Origin: an uncultured virus (IMG/VR IMGVR_UViG_3300031853_000016)
Lineage: Duplodnaviria; Heunggongvirae; Uroviricota; Caudoviricetes
Virus record (IMG/VR): IMGVR_UViG_3300031853_000016
Direction: 5' to 3' (one strand)
Length of the DNA: 64,000 nt
Numbering within the stretch: the first letter of the stretch is position 1; the number at the start of each line of letters is the position of its first letter. The position numbers and the translations under genes were made by a program. Positions 25,826-36,328 of this stretch are shown here, piece by piece. The notes beneath the pieces are model-generated. The model was not told the DNA's origin, made no database searches, and saw only the letters and a list, made by a program, of their open reading frames with translations.

Positions 25826-28596
25826 TCAATTACCTCCGTTCCCTCAGGTATAACAACCTGTAAGATTTGATTGCTGTTATCGCAAAATGTTGTTGCTTTT
25901 ATCGTTCTGAGCGTTGCCGTGAGGAATTCAGACGGCATTTCAATGCGCCTTGAATCGCCCTTATAAAGGTATGTATCTGCTCTGTCATTATCCTGTACCC
26001 ATATATAATCGCCTGCCGATGGTGGGTCAGGTGTAGGCTCTGGCTCAGGATGATACTCACCGCCATCAACTGTCTTATAGTTTCGGTCAATCGTGATAGG
26101 ATATCCGTTAGGGCGTGTAAAGCTTCGCTCTGTGCCAATAACTACCTCGATACACTCGCCTGTGATACCGTCCTTGACCGTCCTTGTGATTTCCAAGTCG
26201 TAGTATCTCTCTGCATCATCATCCCATACCTTGCCGATATCACCGACCTTAAAGCGGTAATTGTTGACAAAATCTTTGTACTCAGGATGATTTTTTAAGT
26301 CTTGTACCTGAATCTTAAACGATACAAGCGGAGCACACATAGTCTTAAAGTACTCCCCGACTTTTCGGGCTAACATTGCAAAGTCGTAGTATTCCTCAGC
26401 AACATCAAAAGTAAAGTTCTGTGACCTGACTATGTTGTGAGGATATGCTCTCGGTAATGTTCTCGGATCCCACGCAATTGCAAACCAGTTTCCGTATGGG
26501 TCATATCCTCGGAAGTATGTGCAAAACGTCTGTAAATCAACGGTTTTCTGTATGCTCTTCAAATTCAAATCAGGATGCAGTATAAAAGCGTTATCCTGTG
26601 CACCTTCCATGCGCTCATGAATTGAAATCGTGAAGTTATCACGGTACAACTCACCACCGATAAGATGCGTGAAGCCATTACTACCTAATATCATCTCATA
26701 AGGCGTATGACCTTCGGGCATCTCATACCACTCTCGGAAAGTTTCGTCTGCTGATAGGTCAGTTGTGATACTGAACGTGTATCTCAGGTTGTTTTCAGTA
26801 TCCCACGGAACATCCCACATCTGCGCAAGGATGCTATCTATCAGGGTCTGTCCAACATAGCCTGCAATGCTTGTGCCAGGGAAAAGCCAGTAATCTTGTA
26901 AGTGATAGCTGATATGCTCTGCATAAGCTGTCACGCTTTTGCTGTTCGCCCTGTTGGTTGATGATACTTTTCTGATGATAAAAAGCTGTCCCATGCACTT
27001 GATTATGTTATGCTCTAAGATATATCGCCATTTACCGTCTTTATCATAGGGATGTTCAAGCGTCAGATTAAAGCCGCCGTTGAGTTCTTCAACCACTCTG
27101 CACTGTGTAGGTTCAAGAATTAATCCGTTGTTGTCGAATCCATCCTGTTCTGTGTCCATATCGTATACGCTGATATAGCCACCGTCAACAGTGCCGCCGC
27201 CTGATGGAGTATCATGATAAGGATAATACCACAAAGGTAAGAACGGAATACCGTCATTTGTGCCTGCATATCGTCTGCGATACCATGTATTATCATCATC
27301 AATAGTACTTGATGCATATGTACCGCTGTAATCGTTCCATGCAAGGTCATACTGTGCTTTTCGGTATCCCTCGTCCTCGATAAATATACAGCCATGAGTT
27401 GTCATGATATCGGGATTTCGTAAATCACCGTATAATACCTCTAACTCGTCAGGAACTGAATTCAGTGGCCTTACATCACCGCCATTTGTAACAAAAACTA
27501 AACCATAGCCGAACTGTGCTATCGCAGGTCTGTCCTCGCCTGAATGCTGTGGGTCTGTGTTCTGACCATAAAAATATTGCAGATTTTCAATGATGCTTGC
27601 CGCAGGATGGTCTCTTCCCTTTTTGATAGTCGGTATTATGACAGCTTCTTTAACATATGCAAGCGTCTGATATAATGCTTCATTACCGCCTGTTCCACCT
27701 CTTGACGAGATATAACCGTATCTGTCACATAACTTATCTGATACTCTCAGCGGCCAGTTGGAATTCAGAACCACATTGATACGCAAATCGGAGTGAAGAA
27801 GCTGATAGAACGGTGAATTTGGGAAAAGTGCAAGGTTACTGTATTCAACTGTAGCCTGTTGCATTGCTATGTCGTAATCCCAGTTCAACTCGTAGGCATA
27901 CTCTAACTCACAGCCGATATATGCCGCTCTCGGGAAGGATATGCCTGCATTTTCTGTTCTGATTTTCAGAATACAATACTTAAAAATTACATTCGGCGTA
28001 TATCCATATTCTAACGATGCACTGCCTGTCCATCCGAAAACATAATCTGAAATAGTTCTCAGTTTGTAGCCGTATGTCGTACCTAAGATAGGAATTGCCG
28101 ATTTTCCTGTATCCTCAGAACCAGAATATGCAAGCCACGGAGAATACATATCTGCTGAAGGTGAGTAAATATCATAGAAATAGCAGTTTATGAAGTTGCC
28201 CGAATCAAGTATGATATCACGAGGATGGCCTAAAACTATGTGATTTACAGTAAGATTTTTTATGATTTTCGTTGTCTGCGTTGTGCCATAGTTGCCGCCA
28301 CCGAATACTCTGAATCCGTATACCCATGCCCTTCTGCGCTCCGAACTTTGCTCATCTGCGGTTTCATCGGGTCCCCAACTCTTTGTACCTGATGTATACA
28401 CCGTATCGACCACAAGTCCGTTGAAGTCAATGGTTTTTGCGCCGTTTATCGGATACGCCACCTGCATGACCGATGATGCAACACTAAGTGTTACACTATC
28501 GACCTGAGCAGAGCCAGTCCAGAGAATTTCATCAACCGTGTTATCAGCAAGAGCATGGACAAGAGTTTCAAGGCTGTATACATTTACGCCTGCCAT
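25822..28596 (-). CDS. Tal / baseplate hub-spike protein with long N-terminal extension
   Basis: VVEELNGGFNLTLEHP, QLFIIRKV, VTAYAEHISY, GGELYRDNF; follows Dit. Confidence 0.8.
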   Translation of the reverse strand: MAGVNVYSLETLVHALADNTVDEILWTGSAQVDSVTLSVASSVMQVAYPINGAKTIDFNGLVVDTVYTSGTKSWGPDETADEQSSERRRAWVYGFRVFGGGNYGTTQTTKIIKNLTVNHIVLGHPRDIILDSGNFINCYFYDIYSPSADMYSPWLAYSGSEDTGKSAIPILGTTYGYKLRTISDYVFGWTGSASLEYGYTPNVIFKYCILKIRTENAGISFPRAAYIGCELEYAYELNWDYDIAMQQATVEYSNLALFPNSPFYQLLHSDLRINVVLNSNWPLRVSDKLCDRYGYISSRGGTGGNEALYQTLAYVKEAVIIPTIKKGRDHPAASIIENLQYFYGQNTDPQHSGEDRPAIAQFGYGLVFVTNGGDVRPLNSVPDELEVLYGDLRNPDIMTTHGCIFIEDEGYRKAQYDLAWNDYSGTYASSTIDDDNTWYRRRYAGTNDGIPFLPLWYYPYHDTPSGGGTVDGGYISVYDMDTEQDGFDNNGLILEPTQCRVVEELNGGFNLTLEHPYDKDGKWRYILEHNIIKCMGQLFIIRKVSSTNRANSKSVTAYAEHISYHLQDYWLFPGTSIAGYVGQTLIDSILAQMWDVPWDTENNLRYTFSITTDLSADETFREWYEMPEGHTPYEMILGSNGFTHLIGGELYRDNFTISIHERMEGAQDNAFILHPDLNLKSIQKTVDLQTFCTYFRGYDPYGNWFAIAWDPRTLPRAYPHNIVRSQNFTFDVAEEYYDFAMLARKVGEYFKTMCAPLVSFKIQVQDLKNHPEYKDFVNNYRFKVGDIGKVWDDDAERYYDLEITRTVKDGITGECIEVVIGTERSFTRPNGYPITIDRNYKTVDGGEYHPEPEPTPDPPSAGDYIWVQDNDRADTYLYKGDSRRIEMPSEFLTATLRTIKATTFCDNSNQILQVVIPEGTEVIE

Positions 28597-29331
28597 TTAT
28601 ATCTCCCTCCAGTTCGTGCGGATTCTCACACTTTCAACAGTTCCTGTCCACGATATCACATTTTCTCCCACATCAAGCTGTGGAAGTCTGCCGTTATCAT
28701 GACCTGTTATCAGCGCATTAGTACCGAGATATAAGATATGTCGTGAAGAATCGATGTACGTTATATCAAGTGGACTTTCTTCCTGAGAACCGCTGTTCTG
28801 CAAGTTTTTCAATTCATAGTCAACGTTGTTGATCGTGATAGTGATATCTCCATCAGGCTTTGTCAGTTCGATTGTCGGCAGTGAGTGCCATGTGCCAGCA
28901 TTCTCAACTGTATCTCCACTCTCTACGCTTATCCATTCGTTGTCTAAGCCGTATCTGAACGGTTTAAGGGTAAATGATAGGTGATAGTTTATACGTCTGT
29001 TATCGGCCGTTCCTGACGTTTCTGTGACTTTCATAGTCAGAATCTTGAAGTAAACATCAGGATAAGTTGATAGTTGTAAAGTCTGGCCGTTAATGAGAAA
29101 TGCCCGAAGTGCTGAATCGTCCATATCCTCGGGAAAGAACTTGTAAAAGTCGATGCTGTAGTCGATAGGCTCAAAAACATCATCAGGTATGCCGAATGGC
29201 TCTCTTGTATAGCCTGTTGTATACCTTTGCTGCGCATGGGGTACAGGCTGTAATGTGCTTACAAAAATGCCGAAATCATCACTTGACACTCCATCAATTG
29301 TAAAGCTGTAATCGCTTGTATAATTTGCCAT
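28597..29331 (-). CDS. Distal tail protein (Dit)
   Basis: FTIDGVSSDDFGI, FTLKPFRY, LPQLDVGENVISW; follows tape measure. Confidence 0.85.
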   Translation of the reverse strand: MANYTSDYSFTIDGVSSDDFGIFVSTLQPVPHAQQRYTTGYTREPFGIPDDVFEPIDYSIDFYKFFPEDMDDSALRAFLINGQTLQLSTYPDVYFKILTMKVTETSGTADNRRINYHLSFTLKPFRYGLDNEWISVESGDTVENAGTWHSLPTIELTKPDGDITITINNVDYELKNLQNSGSQEESPLDITYIDSSRHILYLGTNALITGHDNGRLPQLDVGENVISWTGTVESVRIRTNWREI

Positions 29332-31332
29332 TTAAAATCCTGTACCTCCCACTGCTCTTATCTGCGATATACTTAATTCTGCAAGCCGTTTAGCCTGCTC
29401 CTCTATCTCGGCATCGGTCATGCCATTGCCGCCTTGATAGTAAAAGTTGAATGTGTACCTTGCACCGCCGTTCATTTTGTTTTCAAGCTTATCTGCGAAT
29501 TTATCCATCCATGCAGTATTATTGTCAAGCGGTAAAAGCACTTCTGTGCCTGCTTCTCCGTAAAGATCACCGAATCTGTCGTATGTAGGGCGTGTGAATA
29601 CAGCACCCTTTGCGTGTCTTTTGTGTCCTCCGCCGTTATCGACTGTGTATTTCTTGTTTGGTGGTGCTTCATACGCTTCTTTTATCACCTTTTCGCCTAT
29701 TTGTTTGCTTAAATCAAGTGGATTTAAAGTAAGCCGGATTTTTTCATCAAACCACTTCTTAAATTCATCCCACTTAGCTTTGAAACCGTCCCACCATTTA
29801 GAAAGTACATCGTTTCCTGCTTCCCAATAGTCGCCCATTCCAAGTGCATTGGCTATCAGTCCACCGAGTTTGTATACAAATTCGCCGCCCTCACCGAGCA
29901 GAGAAGCGAATCCGTCTAACAGTGACGTTAAAATCTTGTCAGCGGCTTCTGCCATCTTCTCACGGTTTTCCTCATCTTTGAAGTATTCAATAAGTTTATC
30001 TGAAAGCTTAAAGGCGGCGTCTCCGAGCCTGTCAGAAGCTTTTACAAGGCCATCAACAAGATTATCAAGGATAACAGGTGCACCTTCGATAATTGCATCG
30101 ATGGTTTCCTCACTTGTAAAGCCCTCGATAAGTCCGTCTACTACATCAAATGCGGCATCTATCAGCGTTCCTGTATTCGATGGATCTGTGATACCCTTTG
30201 CAAATTCTACAACTGCATTTACTCCCTCGGGGATGAGTGTAGGTAAATTGTCTCTCAGATATCCCGAAAAGTCAGATATCAGCGTAAAAGCTGTATCTTT
30301 AAGCTTCGGAAGGTTGCTTTCGATGGTATCCCCGAGCATTCCGATAACTTCGCCGCCTGTCTGTAACAGTGTCGGGATGTTCTCAATTATGCCTGTGCCG
30401 AGTGCTCCAACGATAGAAACGGATGCTTCCATGAGTGGTGGTGTTATCTTTGGTATTATTTCGCTGATACTTTTACCGATTTTCGGTGCAGCCTTTACGA
30501 TGAGACCGCCCACACCATCAAGAGCCTTTTCAACTCTCGGGAGCATATTGTCAAATGCTGCTCCTGCGGTTTCAGACAGCTTGTCGAATGCTTCTCCTAC
30601 ATTGCCATCATTCTTCGATATCTCAACTTTAAGATTCTCCCATGCAGATTTCATCGAACCGATCGAACCTGATATCGTGCCGGATGCTTCTTTCGCCGTA
30701 GTGCCTGTTATTCCCATTTCTTCCTGTACTACGTGAATAGCCTGTACAATATCGGAATAACTTGATATATCGTATTCTACGCCTGATATTTCCTGAGCCT
30801 TGTCAAGCAGATCCTGCATTCCCTGTTTAGTTCCTGCGAATCCTAAGGCGAGGTTATCAAGCATAGTGAAATTACCACGTGAAAAACCTCTATAGGCATT
30901 CTGTACACCCTCAACGCTTGTGCCGAGCTTGTTCACGTTGTCGGACATATCAGTGATGGATAAGTCCATGAGTTCAGCTGCCTTTGCCTGATCGCCTCCA
31001 AGAGAATTGATAAGCGAAGCCGCACTCTGAATACTTGTTTCCATGTACTCATTCATTGACTGCCCTGCGGTCTGATATGCCTTTTCAGCGTTCTTCATTA
31101 CAGTTTCAGCCGATGAACCGAAAAGCGTTTCAATACCGCCTGCAAGCTGTTCATAGTCTGCATACGCTGAAACAGATTCTTTTACAATTGCCGAAACTCC
31201 TGTTGCCGCTGCTCCGAGTGTTGCCGCTGAGAATTTCGCAAAATCTGCCAAAGTTCCCTTTATAGCGGATAATCCGTTTTTATATTCGCTATCATCAAGC
31301 CTTATCTTTGCTTGTAAGTCAAATACATCCAT
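29332..31332 (-). CDS. Tail tape measure protein
   Basis: YEQLAGGIETLF, NFTMLDNLALGFAGTK, amphipathic repeats. Confidence 0.9.
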   Translation of the reverse strand: MDVFDLQAKIRLDDSEYKNGLSAIKGTLADFAKFSAATLGAAATGVSAIVKESVSAYADYEQLAGGIETLFGSSAETVMKNAEKAYQTAGQSMNEYMETSIQSAASLINSLGGDQAKAAELMDLSITDMSDNVNKLGTSVEGVQNAYRGFSRGNFTMLDNLALGFAGTKQGMQDLLDKAQEISGVEYDISSYSDIVQAIHVVQEEMGITGTTAKEASGTISGSIGSMKSAWENLKVEISKNDGNVGEAFDKLSETAGAAFDNMLPRVEKALDGVGGLIVKAAPKIGKSISEIIPKITPPLMEASVSIVGALGTGIIENIPTLLQTGGEVIGMLGDTIESNLPKLKDTAFTLISDFSGYLRDNLPTLIPEGVNAVVEFAKGITDPSNTGTLIDAAFDVVDGLIEGFTSEETIDAIIEGAPVILDNLVDGLVKASDRLGDAAFKLSDKLIEYFKDEENREKMAEAADKILTSLLDGFASLLGEGGEFVYKLGGLIANALGMGDYWEAGNDVLSKWWDGFKAKWDEFKKWFDEKIRLTLNPLDLSKQIGEKVIKEAYEAPPNKKYTVDNGGGHKRHAKGAVFTRPTYDRFGDLYGEAGTEVLLPLDNNTAWMDKFADKLENKMNGGARYTFNFYYQGGNGMTDAEIEEQAKRLAELSISQIRAVGGTGF

Positions 31333-31517
31333 TTATTTTTCCTCCTTTCCTCTGAAATCTGAATAGAAATTATCAATCGCTGTCTGGTATTCGTCACCGC
31401 TGTCCGATGGATGAAGCATATCATACCATCTGTTGTCTCTGCGTGACAGCATAGCCGCACAGTCAGTCATGTATACACGATAGCTTAGTTCCTCGGTACG
31501 CTGATCAACCTTTGCAT

Positions 31518-31874
31518 TTACGTATCGGATGAATCCTCTGACTGTTTTCCCTCGGTATTCGCCATAGCAGATATCGCAGATTTCGCATTCGTGCAGGACA
31601 TGATAAAAAAAGGTGCTGTTTCCTCATCTCTGAAAATCTCTGCTATTATCCTTGATACCGTTGTAAGCGTTTTAACTGCGCTCTCAGGCTTTTCATCAAG
31701 TATAGCCATAAGATTATCAAAGCTTTCTTTGTGCGCCTTATAAAGCGGTGTAGCCGCTTCAAACCACGTTTTATCTTTCAGACTTGCAAACAGTTCTGTA
31801 TCACCGAGTATTTCGTTAACGTGCGGTACGCATTCCATCAGCGTATCAATTTCTTTGATTTCGTTAAATCTCAT
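31518..31874 (-). CDS. Tail assembly chaperone (G); -1 frameshift product (GT) would extend to 31333
   Basis: Position between major tail and TMP; T7 run (31605-31611) with open -1 frame. Confidence 0.75.
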   Translation of the reverse strand: MRFNEIKEIDTLMECVPHVNEILGDTELFASLKDKTWFEAATPLYKAHKESFDNLMAILDEKPESAVKTLTTVSRIIAEIFRDEETAPFFIMSCTNAKSAISAMANTEGKQSEDSSDT

Positions 31875-31954
31875 ATTATCACTAACCTTTCATATAGCAA
31901 AATATCCCCGATATTTCGGGGATATTCAATTTTTATTCAGTTGTTTGTTCGTGT

Positions 31955-32557
31955 TTATGCGTTATCATCATCATTTGACGATGTTGGAGCTGCATATGCG
32001 TAATATGTAATCTCAGGTGTTTCCTTGCTCTCAATTGAACGGAATCCTGTGATTGTCATTGCGTTTCTGCCCTTGCCGCCTTTGGTTGACGTAAAGGACA
32101 AACCGCCTGTTGACAGTGCTTTCGGCATAACAGCGACTACATAACCGCCGCCGACTTTGTGCTGTATAAAGGCAAGGTTCTCAAAGTCCGTTGTTTTGTA
32201 CTCAAGACGTGATACAACCTTTGTGTTGCTTTCAACGTCAGCTGCACCGAGTGCTCTTTTGATATCTTCAAGGCCGAATTTCAGTGATGTAACTGCGATT
32301 GTTGCCGCTTCCTTGCCTGTTACTACCTGTAATTCGGCATATGCGAAGTGTATTCCGTTTACATCTTCGCCAAGATCAGCTCTTGTCACGTTATCTGTGA
32401 TAGTAATATCGCCTGTTGTAACAAGCAGTAAATCACCCTCGGCAGGCGGTGTGAATGTCTTTGTCGGATCAAAGTTCTTAACGATAACACCGCTGTCAAA
32501 CGTCATATCGTCGAAATCTTCCTTTGTGATTATCTCTAAGTCCTGGAGATTAATCAT
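31955..32557 (-). CDS. Major tail protein
   Basis: DSGVIVKNFDP, ALSTGGLSFTSTKGGKG; synteny. Confidence 0.8.
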   Translation of the reverse strand: MINLQDLEIITKEDFDDMTFDSGVIVKNFDPTKTFTPPAEGDLLLVTTGDITITDNVTRADLGEDVNGIHFAYAELQVVTGKEAATIAVTSLKFGLEDIKRALGAADVESNTKVVSRLEYKTTDFENLAFIQHKVGGGYVVAVMPKALSTGGLSFTSTKGGKGRNAMTITGFRSIESKETPEITYYAYAAPTSSNDDDNA

Positions 32558-32575
32558 GCTTTTTCTCTCCTTTCA

Positions 32576-32956
32576 TCAGTAATTTGTGTAAAAACGAACT
32601 GTAAAATTAAACATTGTCCGTTTAATAAGATCGTCTGAATCGTCTCCCATTCTTGTAGAAAAGGGAGATCCACGCATTACAAGTACATATCCCTCATCAC
32701 AGGTCAGCATCTTGCCGCTTCTGCCTATCGTTTCAGCTATTTCCTTTGACTTCTGGACTGCATTATACCATGAACTTTCCCTGTACCATGTATTCACGGT
32801 CATAGCAACATCGGTATTATCTCCGAAGTTATCATCTACTCCCTCATACGTCAGATAGGGGAATGCAGGCGGATTTTTCAATGAGTAAATTGAATTTTCT
32901 TCGTATGCAGGCAAGAAGCTGTTTAAAAACGTCTGTAATGTCGCTAATTTATCCAT
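32576..32956 (-). CDS. Tail terminator / completion protein
   Basis: PAFPYLTYE; synteny. Confidence 0.7.
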   Translation of the reverse strand: MDKLATLQTFLNSFLPAYEENSIYSLKNPPAFPYLTYEGVDDNFGDNTDVAMTVNTWYRESSWYNAVQKSKEIAETIGRSGKMLTCDEGYVLVMRGSPFSTRMGDDSDDLIKRTMFNFTVRFYTNY

Positions 32957-33034
32957 ATTCGCCGTTTCACTCCATTCATAGTATAATTACATTCCGTTTT
33001 TTTAAAGCCGTTAAAACGCATTTTAAACGCTGTT

Positions 33035-33430
33035 TTAGTTGATAGGCATATCAGAGGGAAGTTCCCACTTTTCAGCCTTTGCATAGCTGAATTGAAGTCC
33101 TGCACTCGCAGGAGTTTCTTTTTCGGTGTTGCTTTCCGTGATTCTGAATGTCTCATTGTCTTTGTTTCGCATAAAGACTTGGCCTTTTTTTAAGATTATG
33201 CCTTTATCAACGCAGACTGTATACATTTTCTTCTCGGTGATCGCTTCTGCGACTTGTGCGCCGAGTGTTTCCTGTGGGATAAGCTGTACCGTAATTACTG
33301 CGCCTTTGTTGTAGCTGTAATCAACACCGCCGATACCGCCGTAAGGATCTGGACTGACAGATGATGTTTCATCAAGCAGTGTTATTTCGGTGTTGTAATC
33401 GTTAAGGATGCCGTTATCAAATATGCTCAT
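33035..33430 (-). CDS. Head closure (stopper) protein
   Basis: DPYGG, FRITES; synteny. Confidence 0.6.
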   Translation of the reverse strand: MSIFDNGILNDYNTEITLLDETSSVSPDPYGGIGGVDYSYNKGAVITVQLIPQETLGAQVAEAITEKKMYTVCVDKGIILKKGQVFMRNKDNETFRITESNTEKETPASAGLQFSYAKAEKWELPSDMPIN

Positions 33431-33906
33431 AGTACCGATATCCTCCTGTATGGATTCAACCGGGATGCAAACTGTGACATATACGTGACGGATGCACCGC
33501 CGCCATTGCCACTTGTTGCACCTTTAGAGTAATTGTATACACCCTGTACGCTTTCACTCTGGAAGGGAGACATATTCGCATTTCCGACACTCTCATACTT
33601 TGTGCGCCATGCCGCTATATCATCACACAAAGCCACGAATGAACGAGGTACAGCCATAAGCCACACCTGACCTGTAAAGGTTTCATCCTGTAGCAATGCC
33701 AATGATTCAGCGGTATTGCAGTAAACACCGTCATTAACATCACTGTTAACGATTCGGAAGTATTGATTTGGTTTCAAGGTAAAAGAAGGCGATACGAATG
33801 CACCGCTTTCAATTGTAAACTCTCCCTTGTAGATATCAGTAAGCCCGATATAGTCTTTAAGAAAGAAGTTCTTGCAGTATTCACAGTACTCTGTGATATC
33901 GGTCAT
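33427..33906 (-). CDS. Head-tail adaptor protein
   Basis: CKNFF, SPFQSES..YNYSK, RLNPYRRI; synteny. Confidence 0.7.
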   Translation of the reverse strand: MTDITEYCEYCKNFFLKDYIGLTDIYKGEFTIESGAFVSPSFTLKPNQYFRIVNSDVNDGVYCNTAESLALLQDETFTGQVWLMAVPRSFVALCDDIAAWRTKYESVGNANMSPFQSESVQGVYNYSKGATSGNGGGASVTYMSQFASRLNPYRRISVL

Positions 33907-33925
33907 ATCGCACCGCCTTTCTCTA

Positions 33926-34192
33926 TTACTTTTTACGGCTTTTACGCTTCGGCTTTTCCTCTGCTGTTTCCTCAACCGCCGATTCTTCAACGGTCTCCGC
34001 AGATTCAGTCTCCGGAATTACCTCAGGAACTGCTTCGATTAACACTGTTCTCTGCCTGTTCATCGCAGTTGACAGCATTTCGATGCGTTCATCGGATGGC
34101 ACATATCCCTCTCGGGGATATGTGTCACCCTCTGCGTATTTATAGCCGTGATCCTGTAAATCTGTAAAATGCTTTACTACTCTGTAAGCCAT
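33926..34192 (-). CDS. Small head-associated protein
   Basis: YRVVKHFTDLQD..YPREG; follows capsid gene. Confidence 0.6.
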   Translation of the reverse strand: MAYRVVKHFTDLQDHGYKYAEGDTYPREGYVPSDERIEMLSTAMNRQRTVLIEAVPEVIPETESAETVEESAVEETAEEKPKRKSRKK

Positions 34193-34196
34193 GATA

Positions 34197-35267
34197 TCAC
34201 GCACCTGTATCAGTTACTGTTGCAATGTACAGTGTTGACGGATTGTAGATAACAGGGATAAACAGAGCAGATGCCTTTGTCCAGAGTACAGCAGGGTCAT
34301 TCTCTGTCCACTGATGGATATAAACGTAAGGAGATACGTTTGTACCCTCTGTCTTTGTGAGAGGATTTACAACCTCGGGAGGATCGCCCCAAAGACCTAC
34401 ACCAAGTCTGCCGTTTGGAGTTGTGGAGAAGAATGTGATCTTATCCTTTGGATAGTAACGTCTTGATACAACCACAGGCTTGCCTGTTGTCGGGTCAATA
34501 TCGGTGATATTTGCGTTGTATACGTTATCCTGTGTGATAACTGTATCGATGCCGAAATCTGCAAGATAAGCATTCAGTTCAGCGTTAGAAATGAACTTAC
34601 CGCTTGCATTTACACCGTTGCGGTTGATCTGGATAGACTTGTTACCTCTCATCTTTGTGAGGTTTGCACCAGAAGTCAGCATACCGTTGATAACAACACC
34701 GTTTTCACGTGCATCATCGATGATAGCCTGTAACTGTGATCCAACATCTGAATCAACGCCAAGATCGATTGTATATGCCTTCTGTGCAGCTGCAACGCCG
34801 TAGTCGATTGTAAGGTTCAGATTGTTTTCGCCGATAGTCACCTGACCTGTTGCAAGTGCTTCGTTCTTTGCTACTCTCGCACGAACTTCAACGGCTCTTG
34901 CAAGTCTGATACCATCACGGATAACATATTCATACTGTGCATCATCGTTCACAACGCCCTGCTTTAAAAGCTGCTGCATACGCTCTGACTGATTCTGCTT
35001 TACCTTGATAAGGCCTTTTTCAATGTAGTGCTGTGTAAGCACAGGAGATACGCTCTTGATAGCCTCTGTATCAAATGCATGGAACTGAGCCATTGCAGGA
35101 ATAAGCTGATCTGCGCTGATCTCATCCCATCTTGCGCCGATGTTATCTGTTTTCTCGTTGCCGAAAAGTCTGTCGATAGGGTCATTTGCAAGAACAGGGG
35201 GAGTGAAAGGAACACTAAGCCAGTCCTCTTTGCCAACCATACCGAAAATACCGTTTTCCCATGTCAT
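34197..35267 (-). CDS. Major capsid protein
   Basis: Size, position after scaffold/decoration, IDYGV, DPAVLWTKASALFIPV. Confidence 0.85.
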   Translation of the reverse strand: MTWENGIFGMVGKEDWLSVPFTPPVLANDPIDRLFGNEKTDNIGARWDEISADQLIPAMAQFHAFDTEAIKSVSPVLTQHYIEKGLIKVKQNQSERMQQLLKQGVVNDDAQYEYVIRDGIRLARAVEVRARVAKNEALATGQVTIGENNLNLTIDYGVAAAQKAYTIDLGVDSDVGSQLQAIIDDARENGVVINGMLTSGANLTKMRGNKSIQINRNGVNASGKFISNAELNAYLADFGIDTVITQDNVYNANITDIDPTTGKPVVVSRRYYPKDKITFFSTTPNGRLGVGLWGDPPEVVNPLTKTEGTNVSPYVYIHQWTENDPAVLWTKASALFIPVIYNPSTLYIATVTDTGA

Positions 35268-35286
35268 AACTTATATCGCTCCTTTC

Positions 35287-35688
35287 TTAGTCTGATGAAT
35301 TAGTCCAGTTCGGACGTGTTACTGTGGGCGATGTAGCAATAAACTTAAAGCCCTTTGCTACAAGTGCAGTTCTCTGTGCTGATGTGAGTTCCTCGGGAAG
35401 TTTATCCTCATAAACGATACCCTTTGTAACTACTGAGCCGGGCATATCGCCTGTTGTAACGTCAACATCTTCATAGAGGAAGCCGAAATATTCTGTTGTT
35501 GCACTCGCTCCCTCGCCTGTTGTTACGCTGTAGAGAGTACCCATAGGGACGTATTTGCCGCCACCCTCAGTAGTACCGAGTGAAGCAGGGATCTGCATTG
35601 TTTCTCTTACGCAGTTTTCATCATCTTTTGCAAGGAAATAGCCGGGAGCATAAGCCTTGCCTGTTGTTGGTGTCTTAATAAACGACAT
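35287..35688 (-). CDS. Head decoration protein
   Basis: GFLYEDVDVTTGDMPGSVVTKG. Confidence 0.7.
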   Translation of the reverse strand: MSFIKTPTTGKAYAPGYFLAKDDENCVRETMQIPASLGTTEGGGKYVPMGTLYSVTTGEGASATTEYFGFLYEDVDVTTGDMPGSVVTKGIVYEDKLPEELTSAQRTALVAKGFKFIATSPTVTRPNWTNSSD

Positions 35689-35689
35689 A

Positions 35690-36328
35690 TTAACTCTCCT
35701 TTCCCGATGAGTTATTGTTGTTTGCATCCGCAGAATTTACAGCGTTATCGCCGTACATAGACTTCATAGTCTTTTCCCATATCTGCGCCGCTCTGGTTGT
35801 TGTTTTCTTTTCGCCGCCTGTTGCTGTCTGATTCGGGACGTTTGGTGTGTGTGTAACCTTTGTTGTAGTAGGCTTATACTCGCCCCATTCGCCCTCGATA
35901 GAGGTCAGGAGTTTATCGCTGTCCTTTATCTTGCCCTCATCGTCAAGCTCGATGCCGTCCACATAACCACCGTACTTCGTGATTTTTGTGATAGCGTTGT
36001 CGGAATATCCTTTTTCTTTGAGATAAGCCTTGAAAGCTGTTGACTTCTTAGCTGTTGTCTCTTTTGCTTTGATATCCTCTTTCAGCTTGTCATGTGCAGC
36101 CTTTTCAGATTCATACTTTCCTTTGTAATTGTCCTTTTCAGCGGCTGAGATTTTGGAATTTGCTTCGTCAAGCTGTCTCTGTACATCGGACAGCTTTTCT
36201 GCATCTTCCTTGTACTTCTTGATTTCGGCTTTGAGATTATCTGTTACCTCAGTGTGTAAGTCAATAAGGCTCTGCACCTGATCATCAGTGTATCCCATTG
36301 CCTTTAAGGTCTGTCTTGAAAATGCCAT
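35690..36328 (-). CDS. Capsid scaffolding protein
   Basis: FSRQTLKAMGYTDDQV start, charged coiled coil. Confidence 0.8.
   Translation of the reverse strand: MAFSRQTLKAMGYTDDQVQSLIDLHTEVTDNLKAEIKKYKEDAEKLSDVQRQLDEANSKISAAEKDNYKGKYESEKAAHDKLKEDIKAKETTAKKSTAFKAYLKEKGYSDNAITKITKYGGYVDGIELDDEGKIKDSDKLLTSIEGEWGEYKPTTTKVTHTPNVPNQTATGGEKKTTTRAAQIWEKTMKSMYGDNAVNSADANNNNSSGKES

Noticed and set aside
24469..28596. Second DGR target among tail genes
   Set aside because: No further TR-like sequence seen by eye; a computational scan was not possible
29849..30736. 295-aa + strand ORF
   Set aside because: Antisense shadow of the tape measure gene; Ser/Pro-rich, no RBS
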